Source: Prochlorococcus sp. AG-424-A03 (GTDB lineage Bacteria; Cyanobacteriota; Cyanobacteriia; PCC-6307; Cyanobiaceae). From it: a stretch of 62,424 nt of DNA. Location: assembly GCA_003213375.1 (NCBI GenBank), contig QCNA01000001.1, positions 1-62,424 of the forward strand. Direction: 5' to 3'. The notes under the pieces were generated by a model that saw only the letters and a program-made list of their open reading frames with translations, was not told the DNA's origin and did not search any database. Below are positions 20,609-32,076 of this stretch, piece after piece (within the stretch, counting starts at the first letter, position 1; each line of letters starts with the position of its first letter). The translations under genes and the position numbers were made by a program.

Positions 20609-21610
20609 GTGAATCAAACTTTAATTCAAGAAATTCTCGAAGTTGTCGAGCAAGCAGCTATTGCCTCAGCAAAACTAACAGGACTTGGTCAAAAAGATGA
20701 AGCTGATGCTGCAGCTGTAGAAGCAATGAGATTGCGAATGGGCAAAATTGAAATGAAAGGGAAAATTGTTATTGGAGAAGGTGAAAGAGATGAAGCTCCT
20801 ATGCTTTATATAGGTGAAGAGGTTGGCAGTGGAAAAGGCCCAGGGGTTGACTTTGCAGTAGATCCTTGTGAAGGAACAAATCTTTGTGCGAATAATCAAA
20901 GAGGTTCTATGGCGGTTTTAGCTGCCTCTGATACGGGTGGTCTTTTCAATGCGCCTGATTTTTACATGAACAAATTAGCAGCGCCTCCTGCAGCCAAAGG
21001 TAAAGTAGATATTAGAAATTCAGCTACTGAAAACTTGAAGATACTAAGTGATTGCTTGGGCCTTTCTATTAATGAGCTTACTGTAGTTGTAATGGATAGA
21101 ACTAGGCATAAAGATTTAATTAAAGAGATTCGAGGATGTGGTGCAAAAGTACAACCGATTTCTGATGGTGATGTTCAAGCTGCGATTGCATGTGGTTTTG
21201 CAGGTACTGGAACACATTGCTTAATGGGTATAGGTGCAGCTCCAGAGGGTGTTATTTCAGCTGCTGCAATGAGAGCTCTCGGCGGACACTTTCAAGGACA
21301 ACTAGTTTATGATCCAGCAATCGCTCAAACTTCTGAATGGGCTGATTACACAAAAGAAGGAAATATAAAACGTCTTAATGAAATGGGCATAACAGATATA
21401 GATAAAATCTATGAAGCGAATGAATTGGCATCGGGAGAAAATGTTGTTTTCGCTGGAAGTGGAATAACTGATGGATTATTATTTGATGGAGTTAAATTTG
21501 AAAGGGATTGTGTTAGAACAAGTAGTCTAGTTATTAGTACATTAGATAGTACTGCAAGGTTCACAAATACTGTCCATATAAAAGATGGTGCTAAGAGTAT
21601 CAGCCTTTAA
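20609..21610 (+). CDS. glpX: Fructose-1,6-/sedoheptulose-1,7-bisphosphatase, class II
   Basis: [27 protein letters not shown] and GAAPEGV motifs. Confidence 0.97.
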   Translation: MNQTLIQEILEVVEQAAIASAKLTGLGQKDEADAAAVEAMRLRMGKIEMKGKIVIGEGERDEAPMLYIGEEVGSGKGPGVDFAVDPCEGTNLCANNQRGSMAVLAASDTGGLFNAPDFYMNKLAAPPAAKGKVDIRNSATENLKILSDCLGLSINELTVVVMDRTRHKDLIKEIRGCGAKVQPISDGDVQAAIACGFAGTGTHCLMGIGAAPEGVISAAAMRALGGHFQGQLVYDPAIAQTSEWADYTKEGNIKRLNEMGITDIDKIYEANELASGENVVFAGSGITDGLLFDGVKFERDCVRTSSLVISTLDSTARFTNTVHIKDGAKSISL

Positions 21611-21628
21611 AAATTCATTTTTGTTTTT

Positions 21629-22939
21629 ATGCATATTGTTGTCGTCGGACTGAGTCATCGCACGGCACCTGTCGAAGTGCGTGAGAAGTTAAGTATTCCT
21701 GACCAATCTATAACAGAGTCATTGAAAGCATTAAAAGCTTTCTCTGATGTATTAGAGGTGTCGATTTTAAGTACTTGTAATAGGCTGGAAATATATGCGC
21801 TAGTAAAGGAAAAAAATACTGGAATTTCATCTATTAAAGAATTCATATCAGAATATTCTGGAATTATTTTTGAAGATTTAAATCCGCATCTTTTTTGCTT
21901 TAGACAGGAAGAAGCAGTTTTGCATTTGATGAAAGTCTCGGCAGGACTCGATAGTCTCGTTTTAGGGGAAGGACAAATCCTTTCGCAGGTAAAAAAAATG
22001 ATGAGATTAGGTCAAGAGAATCAATCTACTGGACCAATTCTCAATAGATTATTAACTCAATCAGTTAGTACAGGTAAAAAAGTTAGATCCGAAACAAATT
22101 TAGGAACTGGGGCTGTGTCAATCAGTTCAGCAGCGGTAGAACTAGCTCAATTAAAAATTGGACAAGAAAAGGGTTTTGATACTCTTGTAAGTTTGGAATC
22201 AGAGAACGTTCTTGTTGTTGGTGCCGGACGAATGAGTAGGCTATTAATAACTCATTTGAAATCAAAGGGGTGTCATAAACTTATCCTTTTAAATAGAAAT
22301 ATTGACAGAGCATTAAATCTTGCTCAAGACTTCCCTGATTTAGAGATTGTCTGTAGAGGGTTAAACGAATTAGAAGAAAACATATCATTATCTTCGCTTG
22401 TTTTCACCAGTACTGCTTCTGAAGAGCCAATTATTGATCTCACAAAAATTGAAAAAATAAATTTGAGTAATAGATTAAAATTTATTGATATTGGTGTACC
22501 GAGAAATATATCTAATGATGTCAAACAACATAAATTTGTAAAATCATTTGATGTTGATGACTTACAAGAGGTCGTTTCAAGAAACCAAGAATTTAGACAG
22601 AAAATAGCAAAGGAAGCGGAATCTTTAGTAGAAGAAGAAAGGATCATTTTTCTAGAATGGTGGGCAAGTTTAGAGGCCGTTCCAGTAATTAATAAACTTA
22701 GATCAGATTTGGAGTTAATTAGAAAAGAGGAATTGCAAAAAGCACTTAGCAGAATGGGACCAGATTTTTCGGCTCGAGAAAGAAAAGTTGTGGAAGCTCT
22801 GACTAAAGGAATAATTAATAAAATACTTCATACGCCCGTCACCAAGTTGAGAAGTCCTCAATCAAGAGAAGAAAGACAAGTTTCATTGAAAATCGTTGAA
22901 AAATTGTTTTCTTTGGTAGAAGAGGATAAAAATAACTAA
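21629..22939 (+). CDS. hemA: Glutamyl-tRNA reductase
   Basis: GLSHRTAPVEVRE, STCNRLE, GLDSLVLGEGQIL, GAGRM and DIGVPRN motifs. Confidence 0.98.
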   Translation: MHIVVVGLSHRTAPVEVREKLSIPDQSITESLKALKAFSDVLEVSILSTCNRLEIYALVKEKNTGISSIKEFISEYSGIIFEDLNPHLFCFRQEEAVLHLMKVSAGLDSLVLGEGQILSQVKKMMRLGQENQSTGPILNRLLTQSVSTGKKVRSETNLGTGAVSISSAAVELAQLKIGQEKGFDTLVSLESENVLVVGAGRMSRLLITHLKSKGCHKLILLNRNIDRALNLAQDFPDLEIVCRGLNELEENISLSSLVFTSTASEEPIIDLTKIEKINLSNRLKFIDIGVPRNISNDVKQHKFVKSFDVDDLQEVVSRNQEFRQKIAKEAESLVEEERIIFLEWWASLEAVPVINKLRSDLELIRKEELQKALSRMGPDFSARERKVVEALTKGIINKILHTPVTKLRSPQSREERQVSLKIVEKLFSLVEEDKNN

Positions 22940-23069
22940 CTTTTTTCGATTTATATTAAGTTTTTCCAGTGATTTATCGAAATACCTTTGTAAACTGACC
23001 ATTTGTATTTCTAAATATGCCCATAATCAGTTAATTTAAGTAGTTGTATGTCTACCTCCATTAGATTGA

Positions 23070-24365
23070 ATGAAGCGCGTGTTGGCCATAATCCTCGGAG
23101 GAGGAAAAGGTTCTAGACTTTACCCTCTAACAAAAATGAGGGCTAAACCTGCTGTGCCATTGGCAGGTAAGTATCGTTTGATAGATATTCCGATTAGTAA
23201 TTGTATAAATTCAGGCATTGAAAAAATGTACGTTTTGACGCAGTTCAATAGTGCATCTCTAAATAGACATATAGGAAGAACCTATAATTTAAATGGTCCT
23301 TTCGGCCAAGGATTTGTGGAGGTTTTAGCGGCACAACAGACTCCTGATAGTCCGAAGTGGTTTGAAGGTACTGCTGATGCTGTAAGAAAATACCAATGGT
23401 TATTTCAAGAATGGGATGTTGATGAATATTTAATATTGTCAGGTGATCAACTGTACAGAATGGACTACAGTTTATTTGTTCAACATCATAGAGATAATGG
23501 TGCTGATTTAACTGTTGCAGCTTTACCTGTTGATGAAGCTCAAGCAGAAGGTTTTGGCCTAATGAGAACCGATAATTTAGGAAATATAAAAGAGTTTAGC
23601 GAAAAGCCTACTGGAGAGAAGTTGAAGGCAATGGCAGTTGATACTTCAAAATTTGGATTAAGTATGGAGTCAGCTGCCGAAAAACCATATCTAGCCTCTA
23701 TGGGTATTTACGTTTTTAGCAGAAATACTCTTTTCGATCTTCTAAACAAATTCCCCAATTATACGGACTTTGGTAAGGATATAATTCCAGAAGCCCTTAA
23801 TAGAGGCGATACTCTTAAAAGTTATGTATTCGATGATTATTGGGAAGATATCGGTACCATTGGGGCATTCTTTGAGTCTAACCTTGCATTGACTGAGCAA
23901 CCAAAACCTCCATTTAGTTTTTATGATGAGAAATTTCCAATTTATACAAGACCTAGATTTCTCCCTCCTTCTAAACTTGTAGATGCTCAAATTACTGATT
24001 CAATAGTTTGTGAAGGTACAATCTTGAAGTCATGCAGTATTTTACATTGTGTTTTAGGTGTAAGAAGCAGGATTGAGAGTGATTCGGTTCTTGAGGACAC
24101 ACTTGTTATGGGTGCTGATTTTTTTGAATCTCCTGAAGAGAGGACTGAATTAAGAAAAGGAGGCGGAACGCCTCTTGGAGTAGGTGAAGGGACTACTGTA
24201 AAAAGAGCAATCCTTGATAAGAATACAAGAATTGGTGATAATGTCGTGATCATTAATAAAGATCGAGTAGAGGAAGCAGATAAGCCAGAATTAGGCTTCT
24301 ATATCAGAAATGGAATTGTTGTAGTAGTTAAAAATGCAACCATTGCAAACGGAACTGTTATTTAA
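23070..24365 (+). CDS. glgC: Glucose-1-phosphate adenylyltransferase (ADP-glucose pyrophosphorylase)
   Basis: [37 protein letters not shown]. Confidence 0.98.
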   Translation: MKRVLAIILGGGKGSRLYPLTKMRAKPAVPLAGKYRLIDIPISNCINSGIEKMYVLTQFNSASLNRHIGRTYNLNGPFGQGFVEVLAAQQTPDSPKWFEGTADAVRKYQWLFQEWDVDEYLILSGDQLYRMDYSLFVQHHRDNGADLTVAALPVDEAQAEGFGLMRTDNLGNIKEFSEKPTGEKLKAMAVDTSKFGLSMESAAEKPYLASMGIYVFSRNTLFDLLNKFPNYTDFGKDIIPEALNRGDTLKSYVFDDYWEDIGTIGAFFESNLALTEQPKPPFSFYDEKFPIYTRPRFLPPSKLVDAQITDSIVCEGTILKSCSILHCVLGVRSRIESDSVLEDTLVMGADFFESPEERTELRKGGGTPLGVGEGTTVKRAILDKNTRIGDNVVIINKDRVEEADKPELGFYIRNGIVVVVKNATIANGTVI

Positions 24366-24460
24366 ATCTTTTCGATCATTTTTCGCTGACATAAGTATTT
24401 TTTTTGAGCAATTTTGTTGAGTTGCAGGCACACTATATTTATTGAGTTTTTTAATTTTTT

Positions 24461-25879
24461 ATGTCCAAGGCACATTTTGGTTTAATAGGTCTTGGTGTTA
24501 TGGGCGAAAACTTAGTTCTTAACGCAGAGAGAAATGGATTTTCTAGTGTAGTTTTTAATAGGACTTACTCAAAAACTGAAGAATTTTTACAAGGTCGTGG
24601 CCTTGGTAAGAGTATAGAGGGAGCTGAAACTCTTCAAGAATTTGTTAATAAGCTTGAGAGACCTAGAAGAATTCTAATGATGGTAAAAGCTGGACCCGCA
24701 ACAGATGCTGTAATAGATAATATTTCTGGATATCTCGAGGAAGGAGATTTGTTAATAGATGGAGGTAACTCTCAATTTAAAGATACAGAAAGAAGGGTAA
24801 ATACTCTTGAAAGTAAAAGTTTTGGATATATTGGAATGGGTGTCTCAGGTGGTGCAAAAGGAGCTCTTGAAGGGCCAAGTATGATGCCTGGCGGTACGAA
24901 GGCTTCATATGATGCAATAGAAAGCTTATTAACTAAGATGGCTGCCAAAGTTGAAGACGGACCATGTGTTGCATATGTGGGGCCAGGAGGCTCAGGTCAT
25001 TTTGTGAAAACTGTTCATAACGGAATTGAATATGGAATTGAACAAATACTCGCAGAAGCCTATGACCTTATGAAGAGAGTGAAAGGTATGAATGGACAGC
25101 AAATGTCGGAAGTATTTGGTTTTTGGAATAATACTGATGAATTAGCCTCTTATCTTGTTGAGATAACAGAGATTTGTCTAGATACAAAAGATGAAATAAC
25201 TGGAGATGATGTTGTGGAAAAAATATTAGATAAAGCTGGCCAGAAAGGTACTGGATTATGGACTGTTGTAAGTGCTTTAGAACTGGGGGTATCAGTCCCA
25301 ACTATTTATGCATCTTTGAATGCAAGAGTAATGAGTTCTTTAAAAGAGCAACGTATTGAGATTGAAAAAACTATTCCATCTAAAGAAATAGAGGATTTTG
25401 ATTTAGGAACTATATCAGATGGAATGAAACCTTTATTTGATGCTGTAGTCCTTGCCACAATTGCTAGCTATGCCCAAGGTATGGATATTTTAAGAGAAGC
25501 ATCTGCAGTTTATAACTATGGTTTGAATATGCCGTCAATTGCTCAAATATGGAAAGGTGGTTGCATAATTAGATCAAAATTATTAAGTAAAATTCAAGAT
25601 GCTTATAATAAAGATCCTAATTTAAAAAATTTAATTTTTGATGATTGGTTCAATAATGAAATTGCGACAAGATTAGATAACTTAGCTAATGTAGTTTCTT
25701 TATCTACAAAAGCAGGTATACCAGTACCATGCCTATCAAGTACTTTAGATTATTTAAACAGTTATAGAACCAATAGACTTCCTCAGAATCTTGTTCAGGC
25801 AATGAGAGACTGTTTTGGCTCTCATACATATGAAAGAATTGATAAGGAAGGTAGTTTTCATACTGAATGGATGAAATGA
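24461..25879 (+). CDS. gnd: 6-phosphogluconate dehydrogenase (decarboxylating)
   Basis: GLGVMG, GVSGG, VHNGIEY, QKGTG and RDCFGSHTY motifs. Confidence 0.98.
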   Translation: MSKAHFGLIGLGVMGENLVLNAERNGFSSVVFNRTYSKTEEFLQGRGLGKSIEGAETLQEFVNKLERPRRILMMVKAGPATDAVIDNISGYLEEGDLLIDGGNSQFKDTERRVNTLESKSFGYIGMGVSGGAKGALEGPSMMPGGTKASYDAIESLLTKMAAKVEDGPCVAYVGPGGSGHFVKTVHNGIEYGIEQILAEAYDLMKRVKGMNGQQMSEVFGFWNNTDELASYLVEITEICLDTKDEITGDDVVEKILDKAGQKGTGLWTVVSALELGVSVPTIYASLNARVMSSLKEQRIEIEKTIPSKEIEDFDLGTISDGMKPLFDAVVLATIASYAQGMDILREASAVYNYGLNMPSIAQIWKGGCIIRSKLLSKIQDAYNKDPNLKNLIFDDWFNNEIATRLDNLANVVSLSTKAGIPVPCLSSTLDYLNSYRTNRLPQNLVQAMRDCFGSHTYERIDKEGSFHTEWMK

Positions 25880-26604
25880 TTGAAAAGGTCAAAAATGGAT
25901 ACACCATAAATATATATAAAGACAAGTTAGAACTATCAACAGCTGTTTTTAAGTTTATTGAAAGTCACATTATTAATACTTTAAAAATGAAAGACAGGTT
26001 TAAATTTTGTGTAAGTGGTGGTTCAACGCCTAAGTCTGTGTATCAACTGCTTTCTAAAAGCAATCTTAAATGGGATTTTGTTGATGTTTTTTTAGGAGAT
26101 GAAAGATGTGTTAATCCAAATTCAGAATTAAGTAACTCGTTAATGTTGAAAAATTCTTTGTTAACTAATTTTGGATCTAAAGCTTATTTTTATGAAATTT
26201 TCAATGAACTAAACGCTGGTGATGAAGTTACAAAAAATCAATTTATTTCTAAATTATTTGAAAAATGCGGATCAAATCCTCCCTCATTTGATTTAACTTT
26301 ATTAGGTCTTGGAGACGATGGTCACACAGCTTCACTATTCCCTTATCAAAAAAATAATAATGTAGATGATTTTGTGATTTTTAATGAAGGCAAAGGATTA
26401 AAAAGAATTTCATTAACGCCAAAGGTCCTTTCAGCCTCATCAAAGATAGTATTTTTGGTTAGTGGAGAAAATAAAAGAATTGCTCTTCAGAGGTTATTAG
26501 ATGAAAAAGAGCCACCAGATAGAACACCATCAAAATTAATAAAATCTATTAATCAAATTTCAATATTTTGTGATCAGGAATCAGCAAAAGAATTAGAAAT
26601 TTAG
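25876..26604 (+). CDS. pgl: 6-phosphogluconolactonase
   Basis: SGGSTP, GDER, LGLGDDGHTASLFP, RISLT; ATGA overlap with the gnd stop. Confidence 0.95.
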   Translation: MIEKVKNGYTINIYKDKLELSTAVFKFIESHIINTLKMKDRFKFCVSGGSTPKSVYQLLSKSNLKWDFVDVFLGDERCVNPNSELSNSLMLKNSLLTNFGSKAYFYEIFNELNAGDEVTKNQFISKLFEKCGSNPPSFDLTLLGLGDDGHTASLFPYQKNNNVDDFVIFNEGKGLKRISLTPKVLSASSKIVFLVSGENKRIALQRLLDEKEPPDRTPSKLIKSINQISIFCDQESAKELEI

Positions 26605-26634
26605 TTAAAGTCTATTAATAATTTAAATTACTTA

Positions 26635-27183
26635 ATGAGTAAGAAAAAATTTTTATTCCAGAAAAAGGAGTTTGATGCTTGGAAAACATTAAATGATACT
26701 GTTATGGGCGGATCAAGTTCAGCTTTTTGTGAAATTTCAAATTCTGGTTTGTTATTAAAGGGTAATATTGTCGAGAAAGCAGGAGGATTTGTTAGTTGTA
26801 GATCTCCTATTTATAAACCCTCTTTAAACGTATCTGAATATTCATCCTTCGAATTAAATATTGATGGACAAGGAAGAACTTTTAAATTTGCTGTCGCTTG
26901 TGAAGATGATCTCCTTGGACTAACCGAATTTATTCCTGGAGGTCTTAGATGGATTAAATCATTCCCAACAAAAAAATTTGGAACAACAAATGTTCAAATT
27001 CCTTTTAGTGAGTTAAAACCCTCAGTAAGAGCTAATAAGGTACGGTTCCCATTTAGATTCAAGCCTTCTAAAATTAAAAGATTGCAACTACTACACTCTA
27101 AGTTTGGTGATGATGGATTACTTAATAATGAATTTAAAGAGGGTTCCATAAAAGTTTTAATTAAATCAATAAGTGTTTTTTGA
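26635..27183 (+). CDS. CIA30 family protein
   Basis: WKTLNDTVMGGSS and GGFVSCR motifs. Confidence 0.85.
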   Translation: MSKKKFLFQKKEFDAWKTLNDTVMGGSSSAFCEISNSGLLLKGNIVEKAGGFVSCRSPIYKPSLNVSEYSSFELNIDGQGRTFKFAVACEDDLLGLTEFIPGGLRWIKSFPTKKFGTTNVQIPFSELKPSVRANKVRFPFRFKPSKIKRLQLLHSKFGDDGLLNNEFKEGSIKVLIKSISVF

Positions 27184-27559
27184 AAATCCATCTAAAAATA
27201 TAGATAGCTTAATCGCTAAGTCAGCAGATTTAACAAATAAACCTTTTGTTCATTCTGTCGTAAAAATTAATGGTGAATACGAGATCGAGGAAGAAGATAT
27301 TGATTTGACTGTTAATATCTTATGTCGAGATAAAGAAGGTAAAAGATTAGAAATTTACGATCTTGAATTAGAACTTTTTAAATCAAATAAAGAGTTAGTT
27401 TTAGTTATCTCTAAGCTTAATTTTCCTGATGAACCAATATTGTGGTGTGGAGTTAAAACATTATGGATGAATAGCAATAATGGGAAAAAATGCAACTCAC
27501 CAAAATACAGTGCTAGATTGGAAAACTTAGCAAATAGGATAAAAAGCTTTATTGATTAA
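27173..27559 (+). CDS. Conserved hypothetical protein
   Basis: 128-aa ORF overlapping the CIA30 stop, co-oriented. Confidence 0.75.
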   Translation: MFFENPSKNIDSLIAKSADLTNKPFVHSVVKINGEYEIEEEDIDLTVNILCRDKEGKRLEIYDLELELFKSNKELVLVISKLNFPDEPILWCGVKTLWMNSNNGKKCNSPKYSARLENLANRIKSFID

Positions 27560-27580
27560 GAAAATAAACTTTGAGCTGAT

Positions 27581-29254
27581 CTATAAATCAGTAACAGCCC
27601 CTAAACTTGATGTGCTTACGATTTTCGAATATTTTGAAAGTATCCCTCTTTTGTATTTTGGTGTAGGTTTTACCCAATCTTTTTTTCTTTTTTCTAATTC
27701 TTCGTCAGATAAATCAACTTCTATTAGTTGATTTACAGCATCTACTGTAATTAAATCGCCTTGTTTTATTAGAGCAATATTTCCGCCAACAGCAGCCTCT
27801 GGGGCTATATGACCCACAACCAGACCATAAGTACCCCCGCTAAATCTGCCATCGGTAATTAAAGCTACCTTCTCTCCGAGGCCTTGACCAACAATTGCAG
27901 ATGTTGGAGCTAACATCTCTCTCATGCCTGGTCCTCCTACAGGCCCTTCGTTTCTTATAACAACAACATCACCAGCTTTGATATCATTATTTAATATCGA
28001 TTTTAAACAATCCTCTTCACTTTCAAAAATCTTTGCTGGACCTGTTAATACAGGGATTTTTACTCCGCTAATTTTGGCTACGGAACCTTCGCTCGCTAAG
28101 TTACCCTTTAATATCGCGAGGTGTCCTTTTTTATAAAGAGGGTTATCTATATCTCTTATGACATTTTGATTCGTTGGAGGCTTATCTGGAATATTCTGTA
28201 AGTATTCTGTGATGGTTTTCCCTTCAATATTTTTGCAATCGCCATGAATTAATCCTGCATTTAAAAGTATTTTCATTACTTGTGGAATCCCACCTGCATT
28301 ATGAAGATCCACCGTCACATATTTACCACTCGGTTTAAGGTCACAAATAACGGGTACTTTTTGTCTAATCCTCTCAAAATCATTAATGTTGATATCTATT
28401 CCTGCAGTATTTGCAATGGCTAAGATGTGCAATACCGCATTTGTTGAACCTCCAATTGCCATAATTACTGATATTGCATTTTCAAATGCGTTCTTAGTCA
28501 TTAGGTCTAGAGGTCTTATATCTTTTTCAATTGCAGAGACTAATATCTCAGCACTTTTATCTGCGCTTAGTTCTTTTTCAAGATCTTCAGCAGCCATAGT
28601 GGAACTGTGAGGGAGACTTAACCCTAAAACTTCAATAACTGCAGACATTGTATTAGCTGTAAACATCCCCCCACAGCTACCAGCACCAGGAATACAATTT
28701 TTCTCAACTTGGATTAGCCTTTCTTCATTAATTTTGCCTGATGTTAATTGTCCAACAGCTTCAAATGCACTAACAACAGTAAGATCTTCTCCATGCAACT
28801 TTCCAGGTTTTATTGTCCCTCCATAAATGAAAATTGAGGGAATATTCATTCTTGCAATCGCTATCATGGCACCCGGCATATTTTTGTCACATCCACCTAT
28901 AGCAAGTACTCCATCCATACTCTGAGCATTGCATGCTGTTTCAATTGAATCAGCAATAACTTCTCTTGAAACTAGGGAATATTTCATGCCCTCTGTTCCC
29001 ATAGAAATGCCATCACTTACTGTTATCGTTCCAAACATCTGAGGCATCCCACCTGATCTTTTTATTGACTCTTCAGCTTTGAGAGCTAACTTATTTAAAC
29101 CTATATTGCATGGTGTTATAGTGCTGTATCCATTTGCAACTCCGATAATAGGTTTATTAAAATCTTCATCATTAAATCCAACAGCTCTTAACATCGATCT
29201 GTTAGGGGATCTTTGCACACCTTGGGTTATTGCAGATGATCTGAGTTTATTCAT
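27581..29254 (-). CDS. ilvD: Dihydroxy-acid dehydratase
   Basis: [45 protein letters not shown]. Confidence 0.98.
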   Translation of the reverse strand: MNKLRSSAITQGVQRSPNRSMLRAVGFNDEDFNKPIIGVANGYSTITPCNIGLNKLALKAEESIKRSGGMPQMFGTITVSDGISMGTEGMKYSLVSREVIADSIETACNAQSMDGVLAIGGCDKNMPGAMIAIARMNIPSIFIYGGTIKPGKLHGEDLTVVSAFEAVGQLTSGKINEERLIQVEKNCIPGAGSCGGMFTANTMSAVIEVLGLSLPHSSTMAAEDLEKELSADKSAEILVSAIEKDIRPLDLMTKNAFENAISVIMAIGGSTNAVLHILAIANTAGIDININDFERIRQKVPVICDLKPSGKYVTVDLHNAGGIPQVMKILLNAGLIHGDCKNIEGKTITEYLQNIPDKPPTNQNVIRDIDNPLYKKGHLAILKGNLASEGSVAKISGVKIPVLTGPAKIFESEEDCLKSILNNDIKAGDVVVIRNEGPVGGPGMREMLAPTSAIVGQGLGEKVALITDGRFSGGTYGLVVGHIAPEAAVGGNIALIKQGDLITVDAVNQLIEVDLSDEELEKRKKDWVKPTPKYKRGILSKYSKIVSTSSLGAVTDL

Positions 29255-29277
29255 ATTATTTGAGAACCTTTTTTATT

Positions 29278-29568
29278 CTATTGCCCCAACTCTTCAAGTT
29301 GCTTCCTCACATCAGCAATTGCAGAATTAAGTTGCTCAACTTTCTTCTCCAGATTCTCTCCTTCAACTTCATTTATATTTTCATTTGAATCAATCGCTTC
29401 TGAGCCATCTTGAATTCTGGAGGAATACATCATTGCTTTTTGTTTTTTTTCCTCCTTTCTTTTGTCTGCTTCGGATATTAACCACCAAGCTAGACCTGCT
29501 GCTCCAATAAAAGCACCGCTTATTAATGATAAAAGATTATTTGAAGACGAATCTCTGTATTCAGACAT
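29278..29568 (-). CDS. Hypothetical membrane-anchored coiled-coil protein
   Basis: TM segment LISGAFIGAAGLAWWL followed by an acidic heptad-rich tail. Confidence 0.75.
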   Translation of the reverse strand: MSEYRDSSSNNLLSLISGAFIGAAGLAWWLISEADKRKEEKKQKAMMYSSRIQDGSEAIDSNENINEVEGENLEKKVEQLNSAIADVRKQLEELGQ

Positions 29569-29597
29569 TGGTAAAATATTTACTCCTATATTCTATA

Positions 29598-30215
29598 TTA
29601 GTTCTTATCTTGAAATATAGTACTTAAACGCGATAGAGGATTCCCAATACCCGGTACTAATAATTGTGTTTTTTCGTCTTCCTCATCTATGCAAGAAGTG
29701 TAAATTACCTGATTAGGGAGTAATTTCGCAATTTCATTTAATCCTTTATTTGAGCAAATAGCAGTTATTAAAAGAATCCTATTTGAATCAACACCTAATT
29801 CCTTTAATTTAATTAAAGTTTCTAATGTTGCTGATTTTGTTGTTATTTGTTCTGAATAAAATATAACTCCTTCATTTGATTCAATAGTTTTAGGAAGTTC
29901 TCCTAATGAGAGAGTTGAATTAGGAATTACTTCTTTAGATCCAAACCAAAGAGATAACCCTTCGGGCAACATTGCGAGCACTTTTATTGGATAATCATTA
30001 TTAATAAAGAATCCATCTGTGTCTCCATTATCAGTATTTACTATTTCTTTTTTATATGGCAGCCAATTACGTAATGCTTCATATGTAAGCCATTTTCCTA
30101 ATTGCTCATATCCAGTTGAGTACAAAATGTTTGGAGTATTTTTTTCTCGTAATATTGAAAGCCAATGTTTTATTAATGGATGAGGAGGAACAATAACCTT
30201 TAGTGACATTGCCAT
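29598..30215 (-). CDS. upp: Uracil phosphoribosyltransferase homolog with degenerate motifs
   Basis: N-terminal VPPHPLIKHWL...LTYEA and C-terminal IDEE...VPGIG match Upp; the PRPP loop is diverged. Confidence 0.8.
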   Translation of the reverse strand: MAMSLKVIVPPHPLIKHWLSILREKNTPNILYSTGYEQLGKWLTYEALRNWLPYKKEIVNTDNGDTDGFFINNDYPIKVLAMLPEGLSLWFGSKEVIPNSTLSLGELPKTIESNEGVIFYSEQITTKSATLETLIKLKELGVDSNRILLITAICSNKGLNEIAKLLPNQVIYTSCIDEEDEKTQLLVPGIGNPLSRLSTIFQDKN

Positions 30216-30278
30216 ATATTTTCCTTTAAGATACTCTTACAAACTTTAAATACTTAAGTTCTAAAATACAGTCTTATT

Positions 30279-30791
30279 ATGATTAAATCAATTGTTTCTC
30301 ACTCACTAAAGAATGCACTAATTACTTTATTATTCGTTGGGGTTTTATTTTTTAATTCTGTAAATTCTGCATGGGCTAAAAGACCTCCTGAGATTAGAAA
30401 CCAGCAAGACCTTAATTTAGAGCCAGATATGCATGGTCAAGACTTAAGCGGTAACGAATACGTTAAGTTTGATTTGAATGGGTTTAATTTCAGTGAAAGT
30501 AATTTAGAGGGCGCGGTTTTCAATAATAGTAAATTGCAAGACTCAAAGTTTACTGGAGCCAATTTAAGAGATGCACTAGCTTACGCAACAGACTTTACAA
30601 ATGCGGATCTTTCGGATGTTAACTTTACAAATGCTTTATTAATGGAGAGCAATTTTGAAGGAGCAAAAATAGATGGTGCAGATTTTACTGATGCTGTTCT
30701 TAGTCGTACACAACAAAAACAACTATGTGCGATTGCTAATGGCACAAATAGTTCTACAGGAGAGAGTACAGAATATAGCTTGGGTTGTTAA
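30279..30791 (+). CDS. Exported or lumenal pentapeptide repeat protein
   Basis: Signal peptide ending AWA; A(D/N)Lxx repeats; ends LC...T.ESTEYSLGC. Confidence 0.9.
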   Translation: MIKSIVSHSLKNALITLLFVGVLFFNSVNSAWAKRPPEIRNQQDLNLEPDMHGQDLSGNEYVKFDLNGFNFSESNLEGAVFNNSKLQDSKFTGANLRDALAYATDFTNADLSDVNFTNALLMESNFEGAKIDGADFTDAVLSRTQQKQLCAIANGTNSSTGESTEYSLGC

Positions 30792-30800
30792 TCATCAAAG

Positions 30801-31865
30801 ATGAAAAAAAAAATACCAGTTATAGTTGTTTCGGGATTTCTTGGCTCAGGTAAAACAACTTTTCTAAGATATCTATTAAAAGAAAGTAATAAAAAATTTG
30901 GTTTAATAATTAATGAATTTGGTGATGTTGGAATTGACGGTGATTTGATTAAAAGTTGTGATAAATGTGATCAATCTGAAGAAGACTGCGTTATCGAATT
31001 AAACAATGGATGTTTATGTTGTACTGTTCAAGATGATTTTGTTCCATCAATAAAAGCTCTCCTAGAATTTAATCCTCCTATCGAATCAATAATTATCGAA
31101 ACAAGTGGCTTGGCACTACCAATTCCCTTAATTCAAGCACTTAATTGGCCTGAGATTAGGTCTTCCATCTACCTTGATGTTGTTGTTGGCATCGTTAATG
31201 GAGAATCAATGCTTAATGGTTCACCAATTAATGATTTAAATAAAATAACAAAACAATATAATGAAACAGATAAAATTGATCACAACGCCACTATAGATGA
31301 ACTTTTTGAGGAGCAACTAGAAGTTTCTGATATCGTTTTAGTCTCAAGATCAGATATCTTAAATGATGATCAGTTTAACGTTGTAAAAAATAAAATTCAA
31401 GGAAGTCTAAACTCATCTACACCAGTCCTTAAATCTAAGAACGGCAAAATTGATTTAAACTATCTATTCGACTTTAATTTAAAAAAAGAGACTTATAAAG
31501 AATTTTTAACTGAAGAACATGACCATAATCATGTTGAGCTTGTATCAGATTCATTTAAATTAAATTATTTCCTTGAAAAAAATGACTTTGAAAAGGAGAT
31601 GACAAAAATCTTGGATGAACTAAACATTCTTCGAATAAAAGGACGTATTTGGATACCAAACAAATCATTACCTTTACAAATACAAATTGTCGGAAAGAAA
31701 ATTAATACTTGGTTTGAAGAAGCTCCAGACAATTGTTGGAGACCAAATGATAATGCTGGGCTTGAATTAGTAATAATTTCTTTTGATGAAAAATCTATAA
31801 AAACTTTCAATAGAAAAATTAAAGAGAAATTTAAGATTTTAAGTGATCCAAAAATAGCAATTTGA
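30801..31865 (+). CDS. cobW: CobW / COG0523 G3E metallochaperone GTPase
   Basis: GFLGSGKTT, INEFG, GCLCCT, IETSG, short His patch HDHNH, LRIKG. Confidence 0.9.
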   Translation: MKKKIPVIVVSGFLGSGKTTFLRYLLKESNKKFGLIINEFGDVGIDGDLIKSCDKCDQSEEDCVIELNNGCLCCTVQDDFVPSIKALLEFNPPIESIIIETSGLALPIPLIQALNWPEIRSSIYLDVVVGIVNGESMLNGSPINDLNKITKQYNETDKIDHNATIDELFEEQLEVSDIVLVSRSDILNDDQFNVVKNKIQGSLNSSTPVLKSKNGKIDLNYLFDFNLKKETYKEFLTEEHDHNHVELVSDSFKLNYFLEKNDFEKEMTKILDELNILRIKGRIWIPNKSLPLQIQIVGKKINTWFEEAPDNCWRPNDNAGLELVIISFDEKSIKTFNRKIKEKFKILSDPKIAI

Positions 31866-31911
31866 CTTTATAGTTAGCTGTCGGGATACTTACTACAGTA
31901 GACAGCCCAAT

Positions 31912-32076
31912 ATGGAAAATCCAAAAATTGCTTTAAAACAAATAATCTCTGACGACGTTACATCAATTGATAAAATAAAATGTTCAAAATGTGGAGGCGC
32001 AGGAAATTTCAAAACTCATGAAAATTCAAGAAGAACTTGCTTAGTTTGTTTTGGTAGAGGCTTCATAAACATTTAA
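31912..32076 (+). CDS. Small DnaJ-type zinc-finger protein (54 aa)
   Basis: Read by hand: MENPKIALKQIISDDVTSIDKIKCSKCGGAGNFKTHENSRRTCLVCFGRGFINI*; two CxxCxGxG motifs. Confidence 0.75.
   Translation: MENPKIALKQIISDDVTSIDKIKCSKCGGAGNFKTHENSRRTCLVCFGRGFINI

Noticed and set aside
20488-24398. CTGA(C/T)...GTAT motif upstream of glpX/rpe, glgC and gnd
   Set aside because: The spacer length differs (3, 5 and 4 nt) and the information content is too low to call a shared operator.
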